NCBI GenBank assembly: GCA_002811645.1
Contig: PDIP01000036.1
Location: 266,985-330,984, forward strand
DNA: 64,000 nt
Direction of reading: 5' to 3'
From: Corallochytrium limacisporum Hawaii
Taxonomy: Eukaryota > Protista > Pluriformea
Shown here piece by piece: positions 36,201-46,695 of the stretch. A program made the translations under genes and the position numbers. Below the pieces are notes generated by a model. It did no database searches. It saw only the letters and a list, made by a program, of their open reading frames with translations, and was not told the origin of the DNA. The first letter of the stretch is position 1, and the number at the start of each line of letters is the position of its first letter.

Positions 36201-36672
36201 TGGTGTCCATGATGATAGATCCGTCATATTGGTCTGTCCGCGCCAGTCTGACATCTAGAATACGATCTCCTACTCTGTACGCTTTGTGCTGTGTCACTGT
36301 CACTGTGCGTTCGCTCTTGACGGGCAGAACCACGACCTCCGTTACACATTGACACAGGAGATACTCGGCACGTCCATCATCTCCATGAACTACAAAGCTG
36401 CGAATCTTATGGATACGCTCGAGGCCATGGATTTGTCGTTCAAGTACCTTGATGCCTGACTTTCCGTCAAAAATCCGAATAAAGGGTCCAATGCCGACGC
36501 AAAGAAGTGGACCGAGAGTGAATCCCTGTCCTGGATCTGTTTCACTGCTGGATATCCAGTGTAAAGCAGTGATAGGCCCAATGAATGCACCATCGAGGGG
36601 TTCAACATCGAGATTGCCCCACGTTGCAACGGGTCGTTTACTTCCTGGTCTCGGCATCTGCGAACCGATCAT
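33238..36672 (-). CDS. WDR6: WD40 protein WDR6/Trm734 (tRNA 2'-O-methylation cofactor)
   Basis: About 1140-aa multi-propeller with GPITAL, LKGHEGAIF...SGSDDRTVRLW, GHHGRVW, VPCGGHHRSW, HQSGVNA...SGGDDNA, SLSIDQRL. First in-frame ATG is 36672 (alternative 36657). Confidence 0.88.
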   Translation of the reverse strand: MIGSQMPRPGSKRPVATWGNLDVEPLDGAFIGPITALHWISSSETDPGQGFTLGPLLCVGIGPFIRIFDGKSGIKVLERQIHGLERIHKIRSFVVHGDDGRAEYLLCQCVTEVVVLPVKSERTVTVTQHKAYRVGDRILDVRLARTDQYDGSIIMDTITAHNKVIRVPVHVSDDSICFGSSVTHEGQYCSILYAAAFQPDDQPTVAIGTVFKEIFLWSFEEGKYSTPVFLKGHEGAIFTLSFNPHQHSLLASGSDDRTVRLWNLQDITENETLVPYAVLRGHHGRVWNVSWHAATVVELLSTGEDGRAILWDASNSKEVTRVAERVGLAGNSIWTSTVIPTAECTNDTGGNDVLLGHDNGEIKVWQTASAVGIDESHPEIEVVIDDSKASVSRIQAFGGSSSFACVFYDDGRISVGSMAHGPDEFMAHAISSHSEFLRRCLVSKGTADGQCILCATFAGVILRIDQAANIEEFAGLNIANVSVMEPLSPSMLLICDSQGQHTLWTCDVNNPTSTVPGMIFQWETSVDEMITSAAFDAERNLVVTGMRNGFVRAFQISADTTGVVESTVTTASVHSKRGIASIYVTDSGHYLSCGMMDGAICLFAVKENTNADESTTWVIERIEIFKMTKVARNANLIACLLPLGNSSVHDRTNKQLGIRDDFVVIVGCFFNKSFNLYNLQDKKLMLSVPCGGHHRSWTSSYYQTESGTLRYWFGYIRDSKLNIAIAQNLDHTKSHWRLIERHFPPSHTRESRALCLRKLDDTTLCGISGGDAGYAMVHHWDASVNRNPRSRREPPMNVHILERHKGTITSLAVTGQDQQIWMYSAGAKEEIRSWEGQVLEGRHRRLRFLFRSGLPQHLVKSVGDSLGQNDEARYMAITTSPQNPLVFLAGSSNMHLFRVEIDAESRHHNVIWSYKAGRCILSMQWITRTEGSPEEIVLVGLTNGEVQRMDPATGTPRSKFRPHQSGVNAIAVVEHAKDSWLVASGGDDNAIALTEVYADDARKVDFFVEEAAHSSMVTCIKWLPRRKNKRDPLMFMSLSIDQRLNIWTVDETVLSFSLTASTIIHVADPQDMDFFSNVPIDVPVEKEAEGARKDTDDIAQDITVGVVGIGLCFLRLRTWAPTEPATLRRGRGSNVSITLAPAAS

Positions 36673-37328
36673 GGTCCCGTTGAAGCAGCCATATTTTCTC
36701 AATCTCTGCTGCTGATTTTCCGTCCTCTAGCCCATTGTAAAGTAATTTATCGAAACTTGAGTCGTTCAGGGTGTCGACATCCTGTTGCTTAATACCAGTA
36801 CTCGTGTGTTAACGAAGTACGCCATGTGAGACCCGCAATTTACACGAGTCCCTCACTAGTGCTGCCTTCACTATCAAATTCCCCATTGTGATAAGCAGTC
36901 TCGTAGCATTCCATTTTAATCGTTCTAACCACGAAAACGTTTGAAACCTACGGGAGGTGCTCCTCTCTGTGGGTAAGAAAGAGAAAACTTCGGTACATTT
37001 AGGCCCGGGCCAGGGCATCGCCAGAGACAGGACGTCGGACATACCGGGTTTCGCGCTCGTTGGGGGTTTTCCCATCACCTGCATTTTACGCAATTCGGAG
37101 GTGAGGTGATCGTCCTTTACTCGTTCGGGTCCGACTGTGCCGCGCGGCCCACAGACATTGTAAGTTACCACCGAGACCGCGCCAATGATCGCCTCCAACG
37201 AGCCTTTCAAAGGTCTTGTACGTAAATATTATTGTGCCCCATGTGTTGGTATTAGAGGCAACAAGGTCATGGGTCTCTCACAGAGAAATACTGATCCTGC
37301 TACGCTCCCAATCACAAGTGATTCCCCA

Positions 37329-38000
37329 ATGCTAAAGGTTTTGCAACGCTTCACCGGGCGGCAAGTACACACGGGTAGTGTCCGACAGATCCGCTTTCGT
37401 AGTTACAAGATGAGCGAGTCGGTGCCGCAGATCATTCAGGAGGCCCAGAAGCCGTCCTTTGTTACAGAGCATGCCGCCAAGGGCCAGAGTCTGTTTACGG
37501 GAGGGTTCAAAATGAAGGTGTATGGAGTTGCCTTTCTTGGGGAAGGTGAGCCCGATACCGCTATTGAGGGAGTAGGTGAAGACTTGTCTGAGCTCAAAGA
37601 GCTAGCAGGACCAGCCAGTGAACTGATTTGGCAGTCAGAGACGGACTATGAGCTTGTGCCCTTTTTTGCAACTAGGAAGAGCAGTGGGCCTTTGACTGCC
37701 GAAGACCTGGTGAACGAGGCAGGGCTGAACACCGCTGTCTGGAATAGCAATAGAGAAGAGGTGCTGCGAATGGGTGATCCAGGGTCGGTCGATGGATTTT
37801 TGGTAGATCGCTTGCGCAGATGGAATGGCAGTGATGCGGATGGTGAAATAGAATGCATTCGTGATTTTGTCTTGTCTAAAAGCGACTGTATGGCAGTATG
37901 GTTAGGGAAGGGAATCTGCAATCCGGCCTTGCTGATGTTTGCAGGCACTGGCAAAAGTGGTCATATCGTCGGCTTCCTTACTGGAGCTGTCGAAACCTGA
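37329..38000 (+). CDS. Nuclease A inhibitor (NuiA)-like protein with putative mitochondrial presequence
   Basis: C-terminal domain: LIWQSETDYELVPF...LTAEDLV...VDGFL...G...SGHIVGFLTGAVET-stop, compared with Anabaena NuiA LLFMSESEYPFEVF...G...AGNLAGISTKVVET-stop. The start is uncertain (37185, 37269, 37329 or 37410). Confidence 0.7.
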   Translation: MLKVLQRFTGRQVHTGSVRQIRFRSYKMSESVPQIIQEAQKPSFVTEHAAKGQSLFTGGFKMKVYGVAFLGEGEPDTAIEGVGEDLSELKELAGPASELIWQSETDYELVPFFATRKSSGPLTAEDLVNEAGLNTAVWNSNREEVLRMGDPGSVDGFLVDRLRRWNGSDADGEIECIRDFVLSKSDCMAVWLGKGICNPALLMFAGTGKSGHIVGFLTGAVET

Positions 38001-38081
38001 ACAGAGCGATATATTTCACTGTGTATACTACTAGTTTCTATATAAATGCATTTAAGAATTTGCCATGTACTCATTGGCGTG

Positions 38082-38810
38082 TCACCCTGTTGTCGATTTC
38101 GACGATGGTGAGAGTCCTCCGCTTTCCACGTGTTCAATCCATGGATTGATTATTCTTTTCAGAACCCGATCCATTAACCACGCAGTCAGGCCCCAGACGA
38201 TCTCTGGCCCGCCCGTCCATCGAGGGACCTTTCCCGATATTCTGTAGGTGTTGTAGGTGACATTCTTGGGGTCCAGCAAATGACTAATGGGAAAAGTAAA
38301 CGCTTGCTCAACTTCATCTGGGTTGAGTTTTAAGGATTTCATGTCCAGGTCACCAAGATAGCCAACCACAGGTGTCACTGATGCTGTCTTGGTAATTTCC
38401 CATGCATCATTATCTATTCCAAGGATTCTAATGTTCTTTGGATCCCACCCTAGTTCCTCCTCCATTTCCCTAAGTGCAGTGAACGTCAAGTCTTTGTCGG
38501 TGTCGTCCATCATGCCTCCTGGGAAACTAACCTCGCCGGAGTGCTTGTTCAACTTAGCAGACCGTAGTGTAAAGAGCACTGATGGAACACCATTGATCTT
38601 GCAGAAAGGTACCAGGACTGCAGCCTGACGTTCTAACGTGACCGACTCACGCTTCCGTTCACTAAAAACTTTCTCACAAAACTGGAGGTGGTCCTCGCTA
38701 AGCATGGTATCCATGGCCCGCTGCGTTAGACATCCATGTGCGTACCTGCGTACGAAGAAGGTCCCAGGAGTGATCCTGCCTACGTAGGGTCGAACCAACA
38801 GGGGTAACAT
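38082..38810 (-). CDS. NUDT8: Mitochondrial CoA diphosphatase (Nudix, NUDT8-like)
   Basis: CoA-binding motif LFTLRS..L..HSGEVSFPGG, Nudix box ALREMEEELG, VWGLTA, and a presequence ending RRYA. Confidence 0.85.
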   Translation of the reverse strand: MLPLLVRPYVGRITPGTFFVRRYAHGCLTQRAMDTMLSEDHLQFCEKVFSERKRESVTLERQAAVLVPFCKINGVPSVLFTLRSAKLNKHSGEVSFPGGMMDDTDKDLTFTALREMEEELGWDPKNIRILGIDNDAWEITKTASVTPVVGYLGDLDMKSLKLNPDEVEQAFTFPISHLLDPKNVTYNTYRISGKVPRWTGGPEIVWGLTAWLMDRVLKRIINPWIEHVESGGLSPSSKSTTG

Positions 38811-41800
38811 GCCTGTTGTCCGGTAAAGTAGCAACCATTGGTTCCTATGACGTGCCCACGGTCATGTTTCTAGTTAATCACACAGCCCAACCCAAAGAAC
38901 AAATTTTTCCGTTTGAGAAGTTCAACATGTTTGAAGTACCTTGTCATTGTGTCATATAGGTTGCCACAAATGCACGAATCCTTGCAGCGTCTCTGACCTT
39001 GGGACGCCAACACGATATGTGCAGAATCCCTGCCACTTGTTTCTAAGCCAGTCAGTAGTACCGGCAGCCAGCATGACGACAACGCCCGCTCTTGGAGGGT
39101 GATTCTATTCAAATCTTCCATATCCCGTCGAAGGAGGGTGTCTGGACGACCCGGCCCGCCGATCACTTCGTTCCAATTAGGGGTTTTTTTGGTTTGGTTT
39201 TTGTTTGTTGGGGGGAAGGAGGAGAGGGGATGATGAGCTTGACCGAAGCTCACTGATCGCCTTACAGTTAAGGGAGCTTGCTGAAAGAGAGATGTGGGAG
39301 CGGTCCAAAGGGTGCTATGAAGAGATCTTTCACCGCCACCACCCAACCTCTCGTGATCGGCTTTAGGATGGCCGAAGGATGTCGATCGCCAACCCAAGCA
39401 ACTAAGAGGAAAATCTTAAGCTTCAATTCGTGAGGTATCCATCGTCCTTCGTGGCCTCGACATTGTGAACAATTGTGCGCATCTCATACATGGTGGATAC
39501 CAGGGATATAGGACAAGCATGACGCTCTGTGATCCGGTTCGGGACCTCTGAGGATTCTCGAAGTGGACCTGAGGCGCAGGTGGGATCAGATATTGCACTC
39601 GAGAACCAAGAAAGCGGACTCCTTTGTATCACCCCTGCTCTCTAGTGAGCAAAAAGGATCCCCATCCACACCTGCTCGTTTTAGAGGTCCATTTCACACG
39701 CGACGGGTGTTGTTTGACAGATGCAGCAAATGTACGCGCAACTGCCACAGTGGCTCCACAAGGGATAGTGTGCCCCCGTTCGTGCCGTTGACTTCGACGT
39801 ACGCGCACCGCCCCCCGTTCCCCTGCACTTACCATGTGTCCCCAACAACTCCGGAGCTTGACTCCTATTCCACTCCGACCACCAGTGCTTGCAAGACAAG
39901 TTGGCCCTCATATCCTGAGAGCTGGCTGTCCCGCTGGTTTCTTCGTTTTACTCCTCTTTCTGGCAAAGCGAGTTCCCTATGGAGCCACAATGGGATTGTC
40001 GCAGCCCGGCGATCACGAAACCGTTAGGAGCGCCAGACACGGACAGTCTATGTGTCACATAGGGCGCGCGACAACAAGCAGTGCCCTTAGGGCCGGCCTA
40101 CTGGACCCGAGGTCTAGGACTACTTCCATTGGCCGCTTCCACATTCTGTGGAAGGGTGACTAGGGGTGACAAGCTTTCCGTCCGCCTCTTCCACTACGGG
40201 TCGGTCAAGAGAACTGAGCGTTCCACGTCCAACTGCCCCCTTCTCACTCGTGCCCGGTTTCTCGTCGAACCCAAACAGACCGAAGGGAGAGTGAGAAGGA
40301 AAAAAACCTTCCACGTACGACGTTGCCCGCCTCCACAAAGCCATTGAAAACGGACACCTAGGCTGTGGACGGTGCCATTTTTGGAGGAGGATAGATCGTA
40401 AACGGCTTCTGCAGTTTCTGTTTTGTTCGACAGTATCCAAACAATGGCGAATGTACGAGTAAAGGAGCCAAAGTCAGCGAAAGTAGTGAGGCCATAGCAA
40501 GGCACAATTAAGCCACGGATGAAGAAAAATCGACTTCGCCCCAAGAAATGGCTGGAGTTGCGAAAGGACCGACACAGGAAGTCCTCACTTCCAGTATAGA
40601 ATATGGTATCGACGCATCCTTGGAGACGAGAAAATGAGCGAACGATCACAATGCACTTGCAAAACGGATGATTAGGCCAACTAACACATCAAAAAGCCGG
40701 AGACATCAGCAGGAACAAGGGGGGTGGGGTTGAACCTCGAAACCACACACTCATAGTCCAGAACACGCCCAGTGTCACGATAGTCACCATCAGTACTAAA
40801 TGTACTGCTATCTTCACAACCTCTTTCGCCCAGCCCCAAAACCTCAGGCGAACGGTGTGATTTCTTGCTCTCCTCTGAGATATCCATCACGATTCTTGCA
40901 TTGGTTGCTGAGAGGTTGCTACTACTGGAGCAGTGGTAAAACTACTTGCCTGGATACCCAATCGATAGTACAGCTACCTTGTTCCGTACGAGTCATGTCA
41001 AGTTCACTGTTGCGATTTTCATGTATTTAATATTGAATGTACGGTCATATTTCTCAATGTTTATGTGTGCATTCTCGATCCACATGGTGTCAATTGGGAT
41101 CACCTTGTTGTCTGCGCTGTACCGCGTGTGTCCTCCAAATGTCGATTCCTCCTGGCCACAACACCATCAGTAATTAATGTGCTAGACTTTTTGGCCCGTG
41201 TGTATATTCTCATGGCCTTGTGGTGAACTGTTCGTGCTTGGGTCCTGTCCCGTTCGCACACTCGTAAAGAGCACCCATTCTCCTATTTTTCTTCTTCATT
41301 CCGTGGTTACCAGTCGTGTTTCCGTATTTAAAGTATGAATTCTGTAGACAGCATCAGCAGATCGACAGTATATGTTTTTGCTTACTTCTGAAACAGCACT
41401 CGAAAGACTGATGGAGATTGATTGTTATTGATGGCAGTTTACAACGACTATGAGTTGGTGCGGTGGTTTTGCGCAGGGTACGAGAGCAAAATTTTGCGTG
41501 GTGAAAAGGGAGTGAGAAACTGCGCAAGAGTTTCGGGACTATTTCACCACATGGTAAGGACCTCCTTTTCCTAAATGTGTACAATCACAGTACTGAATCA
41601 GTGGGTGGAAACTTCGTCAGGGCGCACGCGGCTCGCATACCTGCGTGTTGGGAAAATCATTCCATTCCTTAGAGTCTCTCCCTCTCCCCTCCCCACACTC
41701 CTCAGGCGGGACCCGGTGGGGCCCTGTCACCCACACAATTCTGCTCCAGGCATGGTTCTGTGCGCCAGATATAAGAATTGGAGATCCGCCATTGGTGGGG

Positions 41801-42939
41801 CGGCACCGGAGACCAACCTGACCGAAACAAGAATGAAAAAAAAAAACGAATCAAAAGCAGGCAAACGGGCAGAAGAAATATAAGGACAAGGGCTTGGGGG
41901 AGGGGGGCGGGGGAACCGGAAGAACGGGGAATGAGAAAGCGTGAGCGGCGTTGGTCCACTTGTCCCCGCCGAGGGAAGGGCAGGACTTCTTTTGGGTGTA
42001 TAAAAGTCGATAAGTTGAGGGTTATGGCCATGAATTGTACCGCAATGGCGCATATCTACGACCAAAACCAACAGATCGTCGCGGACGGTCGGGCGAGGGA
42101 AAAGCAGGACAGGGGGTAACGGAGTGGACGTGGGGATAACGAGTGATTGTGATGTGGTGTGGTGAGACCATACCAAATCAAGCACCTCCTTGCGAAAAAA
42201 GGGGTTGAGGCCATAGAAAAAATGACTGGCCAGGTCCCCTATACGAGGGAGAGGAGGAGAGGGAAAGAGGGTCCGGCTGTTTATTTCCAGAGAACACCGG
42301 AGACGATAGGCGGGGGAGGAAGGAAGGGAGGAGGGGGAGAGGGGGAAGAAGAGGGACATTGAATTTGCATCTCCATGAAAAGCGCTGGTGAAATTTTCCA
42401 TTGAAAGGGTATGCGCCTGTCGCTGGCTTTCTCCAACAGATTTCAGAGAAGATGAGGGGAAGGTCCCCATCCAATTAAAACGGGACGACCGGAATTTCCG
42501 AGATTTGGTGGAGCTGTCAAATCTATCGTTGGGCACCCAGAGTCGGCTGGAGTGAGAGCAGAGAGTCACAAGTGCACGACGATCTAGTAAGGCCGCTCTG
42601 GATACCAAGTGCGCACAAAATCAAAAAATACCGGTGCCCTCAACTGTTTACCTCGAGTTCGTCGCTGTGTTGTGTAATGCTTAGTATCACATAGTCTTTT
42701 GTTTCGTTTCCTTTTGCGACACACACAGTGATTTGCTTAAGTGGTAGTTACGAGTTTCGTTGGCTACTTGAAACCTTTAATGGTATTCAGGTTGCTAATG
42801 GAAGATAACGATCCCAGGTAGAATACTAGACTATTGATAGCGAGGGGATCAAATCTTCCCCATCCGGTGAGTACGACGACGGTACATAATTATGAAGTAG
42901 AAAATGCAATAATCAACTAGGGCCAAAGGGAAGTCAGAT

Positions 42940-45900
42940 ATGCCGCAAGTCTTGCGGAATACTTGGCGTTTAGTCCTTTTAGGACTTTTATTTGAGGCAG
43001 CCAACGGACAGATCGAATGTCAGAATGGGGACCGGTTATTTCACCAGTTGACTGCTGGTTCCCCAAACATAACGTTACAGCATACGCGGACAAGTACCGG
43101 AGAGTACTTTGACAACTTCATATGTTCCGCAATCGTTGAAAGTGATACAGATGCCCCGGTGTACGTCACATTTAGTTCCCTAGAATTGGAATGTATTTGG
43201 GACAAGTTGTTCATTTGGGATGGCCCTAACCCTACACCAGATACTTTGCTAGGTGCCTACTCCGGAGCAAACGTCGCTCCAACAACGGTGACTGCTGACA
43301 GTGGTGCAGCTCTCGTATATTTCTACTCAGATCTCTTTGAAACATTTAGTGGATGGGAAATCAGTTTTTCATTGGAGGAACCTTCCGGGTTTGACTGTAG
43401 GGAGCAAACAACACAAATATGTAACGACCAAGGACTTTGTTCACCTGGTGATGGTACATGCACTTGTGATGCAGATATAGAGGGTGAGAATTGTAGTATT
43501 GATGCCGCAGGAGATCATTTTACCATCGACATCAACGAATCCTTCTCAGAATTTACAGATTTTGCTCGTGCACGAGCAGTGACGGTCGATACCGACCTTG
43601 GTATACTGAGTTTCGGTGGATATAACCCAAGGGCTGAGGCTGACGGAACGCAATTTTCATATAAATATGACCCGGAGACTTCTGCTTGGGCCCCCGCAAT
43701 TGTGACTGGACCGGAACTGTCATATCGGTATGGACATGCTGCCATAAAACGAGATGGGCGTGTGATCATTCACGGTGGTACAACGGCCAGTACATTGACC
43801 TCAAATGGATTGGGAATTTATTCAGATGTTGACCTGCCTACCATTGCTTCCGAGGTTGTGGATAACGAGAGCTACCCGAGCCTCACTGGACATTGTGCCT
43901 TTGTTGATCCCAGCGACGATTCCTTGTTACTACTATTTGGGTATGGTGATACTCTTGGATTTTTCCCCGGAGCAGTTCGCATTGACTTAACTGATCCTGA
44001 AGCCGCTGCGCAGTACATAGTTGGCGAGTTCAACGGTGACATACCAGCGCCACGCATGTTTATGAGTTGTGTACAGGATCCCACTACAGGCATCGTGTAC
44101 ATCCACGGCGGTCGCACACGGACAACTGTCAGTAGTGAACTTTTCATGTACAATCCAGTCACAATGACTTTCAGTCTGTTGACTTCGGGCGCTCCGCAAA
44201 CTTACTCGTCTTCTCTCACTCTCATTGGGAATCGTTTGCACATTATCGGTGGATCCGGTCCGACAACTCAGGTAGACGAATGCTACAGCAATGAATACGC
44301 TGTCTTTGACTTGAGTTGTCGGCAATTTGTTAGCAGCGCAGGAGAAACTCCGGGCTTGTCAGAGTTGCAAATTTTGCATCGAAAGGGCCATACTGCAGTG
44401 TTTAGGGAGACCGACCCGAAAGAGATTTTTATCGTTGGAGGTTACGCTGGACGTCCTCTGGAATCCGTCGTAAGACTAGAGATTAATGGATGCAATGGGT
44501 TCAGTACTCGGGATCGCTGTCTTAAGGCTCTGAGTACTTGCTGCTGGAATAACGGCACAGACACTTGTGACGAAGCTTCTGACTCAATTAGCACCTCAAC
44601 TTGCGAGGCCTTCTGCGCAGACATTCCTCCTCAACCCTGCAATTCCATTTTCGATGCGGATGCGTGCAATGCAGACACAGCCTGTCAGTACTGCTATTCC
44701 GGCGGCGAGTGTCAAGCCGAAGAAGCAGATTGTAGCTCCCTCGTGCCTGCCACACCAAGCTGTGACAATATCTTGCCAGATGGCCTTGCCACACTGGTCA
44801 ATGTAGATGTGTCGGAGCTTGACTGTGCTTCGTGTGCCGCTAGACAGGGATGCACCCTTGGTGAGAACGACCGTTCTCTCGATTGTGTCGACTGTGCGCA
44901 GACCACACCTGAAGGTGACTGCACAGCAGGCGAACCTGACTGCAAACCGAGCTGTGCAGACTTCACAACTTGCTATTCTTGTTTGGAAGAGGCCCCGGCT
45001 GACTGTTTGTGGTGCGAGGGCGAGAATCGATGTGTGGACACACAAGCATACTCAGCTGTGCTCCCGTTTGGTCAATGTACCAGCTGGCACAACAGTGTAG
45101 CCACTTGCCCGTCCTGTAAAGCCGCAAAGTCTTGCGATGAATGTCACGGCCTGCTAGGCTGCGGCTGGTGTCCAGACCCGGAGGATACTGGCATTGGCGT
45201 TTGTACAAGTGGCACCCGCGACGGACCGCTTGACTCAGCTGAATGTGATGCTGAGGATTGGCGCTATGATGACTGTCCTCTCTGCCAGTGTAATGGACAC
45301 TCGTCATGTGATTTAGGTAGTGCGGAATGTCTCGTCTGTGAAAATGACACCGATGGAGAGAATTGTGAGACTTGCATGTCAGGGTTCTTCGGCGACCCGC
45401 GTAATAATGGCACATGTTCGGAGTGTGAGTGCAATGACCAGAGCACTAAGTGTGACTCACAAGGAGTTTGCGTTTGCCCTTTCGGCTACGGAGGTGACAG
45501 TTGTGATACCTGCGTAAACGATTACGAAGGGAATGCTACAGCTGGTGGCATTTGCTATCAAGTTTTCGAAACTCATCCCTCCATCTTTACATACGACGTA
45601 CGACCGCAGCCGCGCTATGGTTTTGCACTGCGAGCAGAGACGTCTGATTCAGATCTCCAATTGCAGTTTGTTACCAACCCTACTGAGGGCTCGCCCAGCG
45701 TTGTCAACTATACGTTGTCTTACAGCCCCACGAACGAGTTTGACACCGCAGTGCCCTTACAGTCTGAGGTTGTGGATCGCGCCTTCTTCACCATCAGCCG
45801 CAATTCCGCTTTTGACCTCTCCAACTCAACGTTCTACTTCGGTATTGAGGTTCAGAATCCGGACACGGAATCTTTGCCTGTTTTTCGCATTCTCTGGGCT

Positions 45901-46260
45901 GAAGTGCAGCCGAATCTTAACCTTCTGCAGTTCTTTGCCACCTTCTTTGCGTGCTTCTTTGCCTTGCTCTTCATCGCAATGGTTGCCTGGCGCATAAAGG
46001 TCCGTATTGCAGCCAGACGCACGCAGATGGACCGTACTATTGAGCTCCAAATGCGTGTCCGGCGCCCTCTTATGCGCATTGGGCTCTTGCCCATGGAGGT
46101 TCAGGAGAAAAATGTCTGTACTGACAAGCCGCACCTGTTGGCAGTTGAGGACTACTATGGCGACAAAAAGAGCCGTGTTGTGACCGTGATGGTACAGATG
46201 CCAACAATGGAGGGTGAAGTACGCCATGTTCAACTGGCCTCCACGGTCGTTAAACTGTGA
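42940..46260 (+). CDS. ATRN: Attractin/MEGF8-like type I membrane protein
   Basis: Signal peptide, CUB (LECIWDKLFIWDG), EGF, Kelch repeats, PSI domains (CGWC...G.G.C..G), laminin-EGF (CQCNGHS), TM LNLLQFFATFFACFFALLFIAMVAWRIK, short cytosolic tail. Confidence 0.9.
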   Translation: MPQVLRNTWRLVLLGLLFEAANGQIECQNGDRLFHQLTAGSPNITLQHTRTSTGEYFDNFICSAIVESDTDAPVYVTFSSLELECIWDKLFIWDGPNPTPDTLLGAYSGANVAPTTVTADSGAALVYFYSDLFETFSGWEISFSLEEPSGFDCREQTTQICNDQGLCSPGDGTCTCDADIEGENCSIDAAGDHFTIDINESFSEFTDFARARAVTVDTDLGILSFGGYNPRAEADGTQFSYKYDPETSAWAPAIVTGPELSYRYGHAAIKRDGRVIIHGGTTASTLTSNGLGIYSDVDLPTIASEVVDNESYPSLTGHCAFVDPSDDSLLLLFGYGDTLGFFPGAVRIDLTDPEAAAQYIVGEFNGDIPAPRMFMSCVQDPTTGIVYIHGGRTRTTVSSELFMYNPVTMTFSLLTSGAPQTYSSSLTLIGNRLHIIGGSGPTTQVDECYSNEYAVFDLSCRQFVSSAGETPGLSELQILHRKGHTAVFRETDPKEIFIVGGYAGRPLESVVRLEINGCNGFSTRDRCLKALSTCCWNNGTDTCDEASDSISTSTCEAFCADIPPQPCNSIFDADACNADTACQYCYSGGECQAEEADCSSLVPATPSCDNILPDGLATLVNVDVSELDCASCAARQGCTLGENDRSLDCVDCAQTTPEGDCTAGEPDCKPSCADFTTCYSCLEEAPADCLWCEGENRCVDTQAYSAVLPFGQCTSWHNSVATCPSCKAAKSCDECHGLLGCGWCPDPEDTGIGVCTSGTRDGPLDSAECDAEDWRYDDCPLCQCNGHSSCDLGSAECLVCENDTDGENCETCMSGFFGDPRNNGTCSECECNDQSTKCDSQGVCVCPFGYGGDSCDTCVNDYEGNATAGGICYQVFETHPSIFTYDVRPQPRYGFALRAETSDSDLQLQFVTNPTEGSPSVVNYTLSYSPTNEFDTAVPLQSEVVDRAFFTISRNSAFDLSNSTFYFGIEVQNPDTESLPVFRILWAEVQPNLNLLQFFATFFACFFALLFIAMVAWRIKVRIAARRTQMDRTIELQMRVRRPLMRIGLLPMEVQEKNVCTDKPHLLAVEDYYGDKKSRVVTVMVQMPTMEGEVRHVQLASTVVKL

Positions 46261-46695
46261 ATTGTCCTGCATGCATGTAGTTTCCTGCTCGGATGGCAGC
46301 TGGTTCTGCCATGTCATAAGAAATATATTAATATGAGGTACAAGAATCCAGCATAAAGGAATCGTGAGGGTTTTCGAATCCCTGTCACGCTCGCTTAATC
46401 AGGGTTATGCCCTGCTCCTTCCCCTCCTCCCTGCTCGCCCGCAGCGGCCCTCCCCAAGGCCCCGCGGGGAGGGGGGAAGAACAGTACCGGGCTATTGGAG
46501 GGGCGTTTCCGGAAGGTTTTGGCCCTTCTGCAGCATACTCACAAATTGTGTTGAGGTAGCAGATGAAGTCCACAAACACCGAACAAGTTACTTCAAACAG
46601 CTCTATCACAAAGGACATACAGTCAAGCACAATTCCCCATGTTATCACAGCACGTGTATGAAGACTGAGATCGATTGAATACCAGGGATAGAGCC

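Noticed and set aside
38722-38838. Upstream ATG 38838 plus a 25-nt GTACGC...CTAAC-GCAG micro-intron that would give NUDT8 an alternative N-terminus
   Set aside because: Far shorter than the 92-99-nt introns here, and the unspliced frame already gives a good presequence ending RRYA.
41727-42608. 293-aa Pro/Ser/Phe-rich ORF upstream of attractin
   Set aside because: Non-ATG start and composition driven by purine and homopolymer tracts; looks like regulatory DNA.
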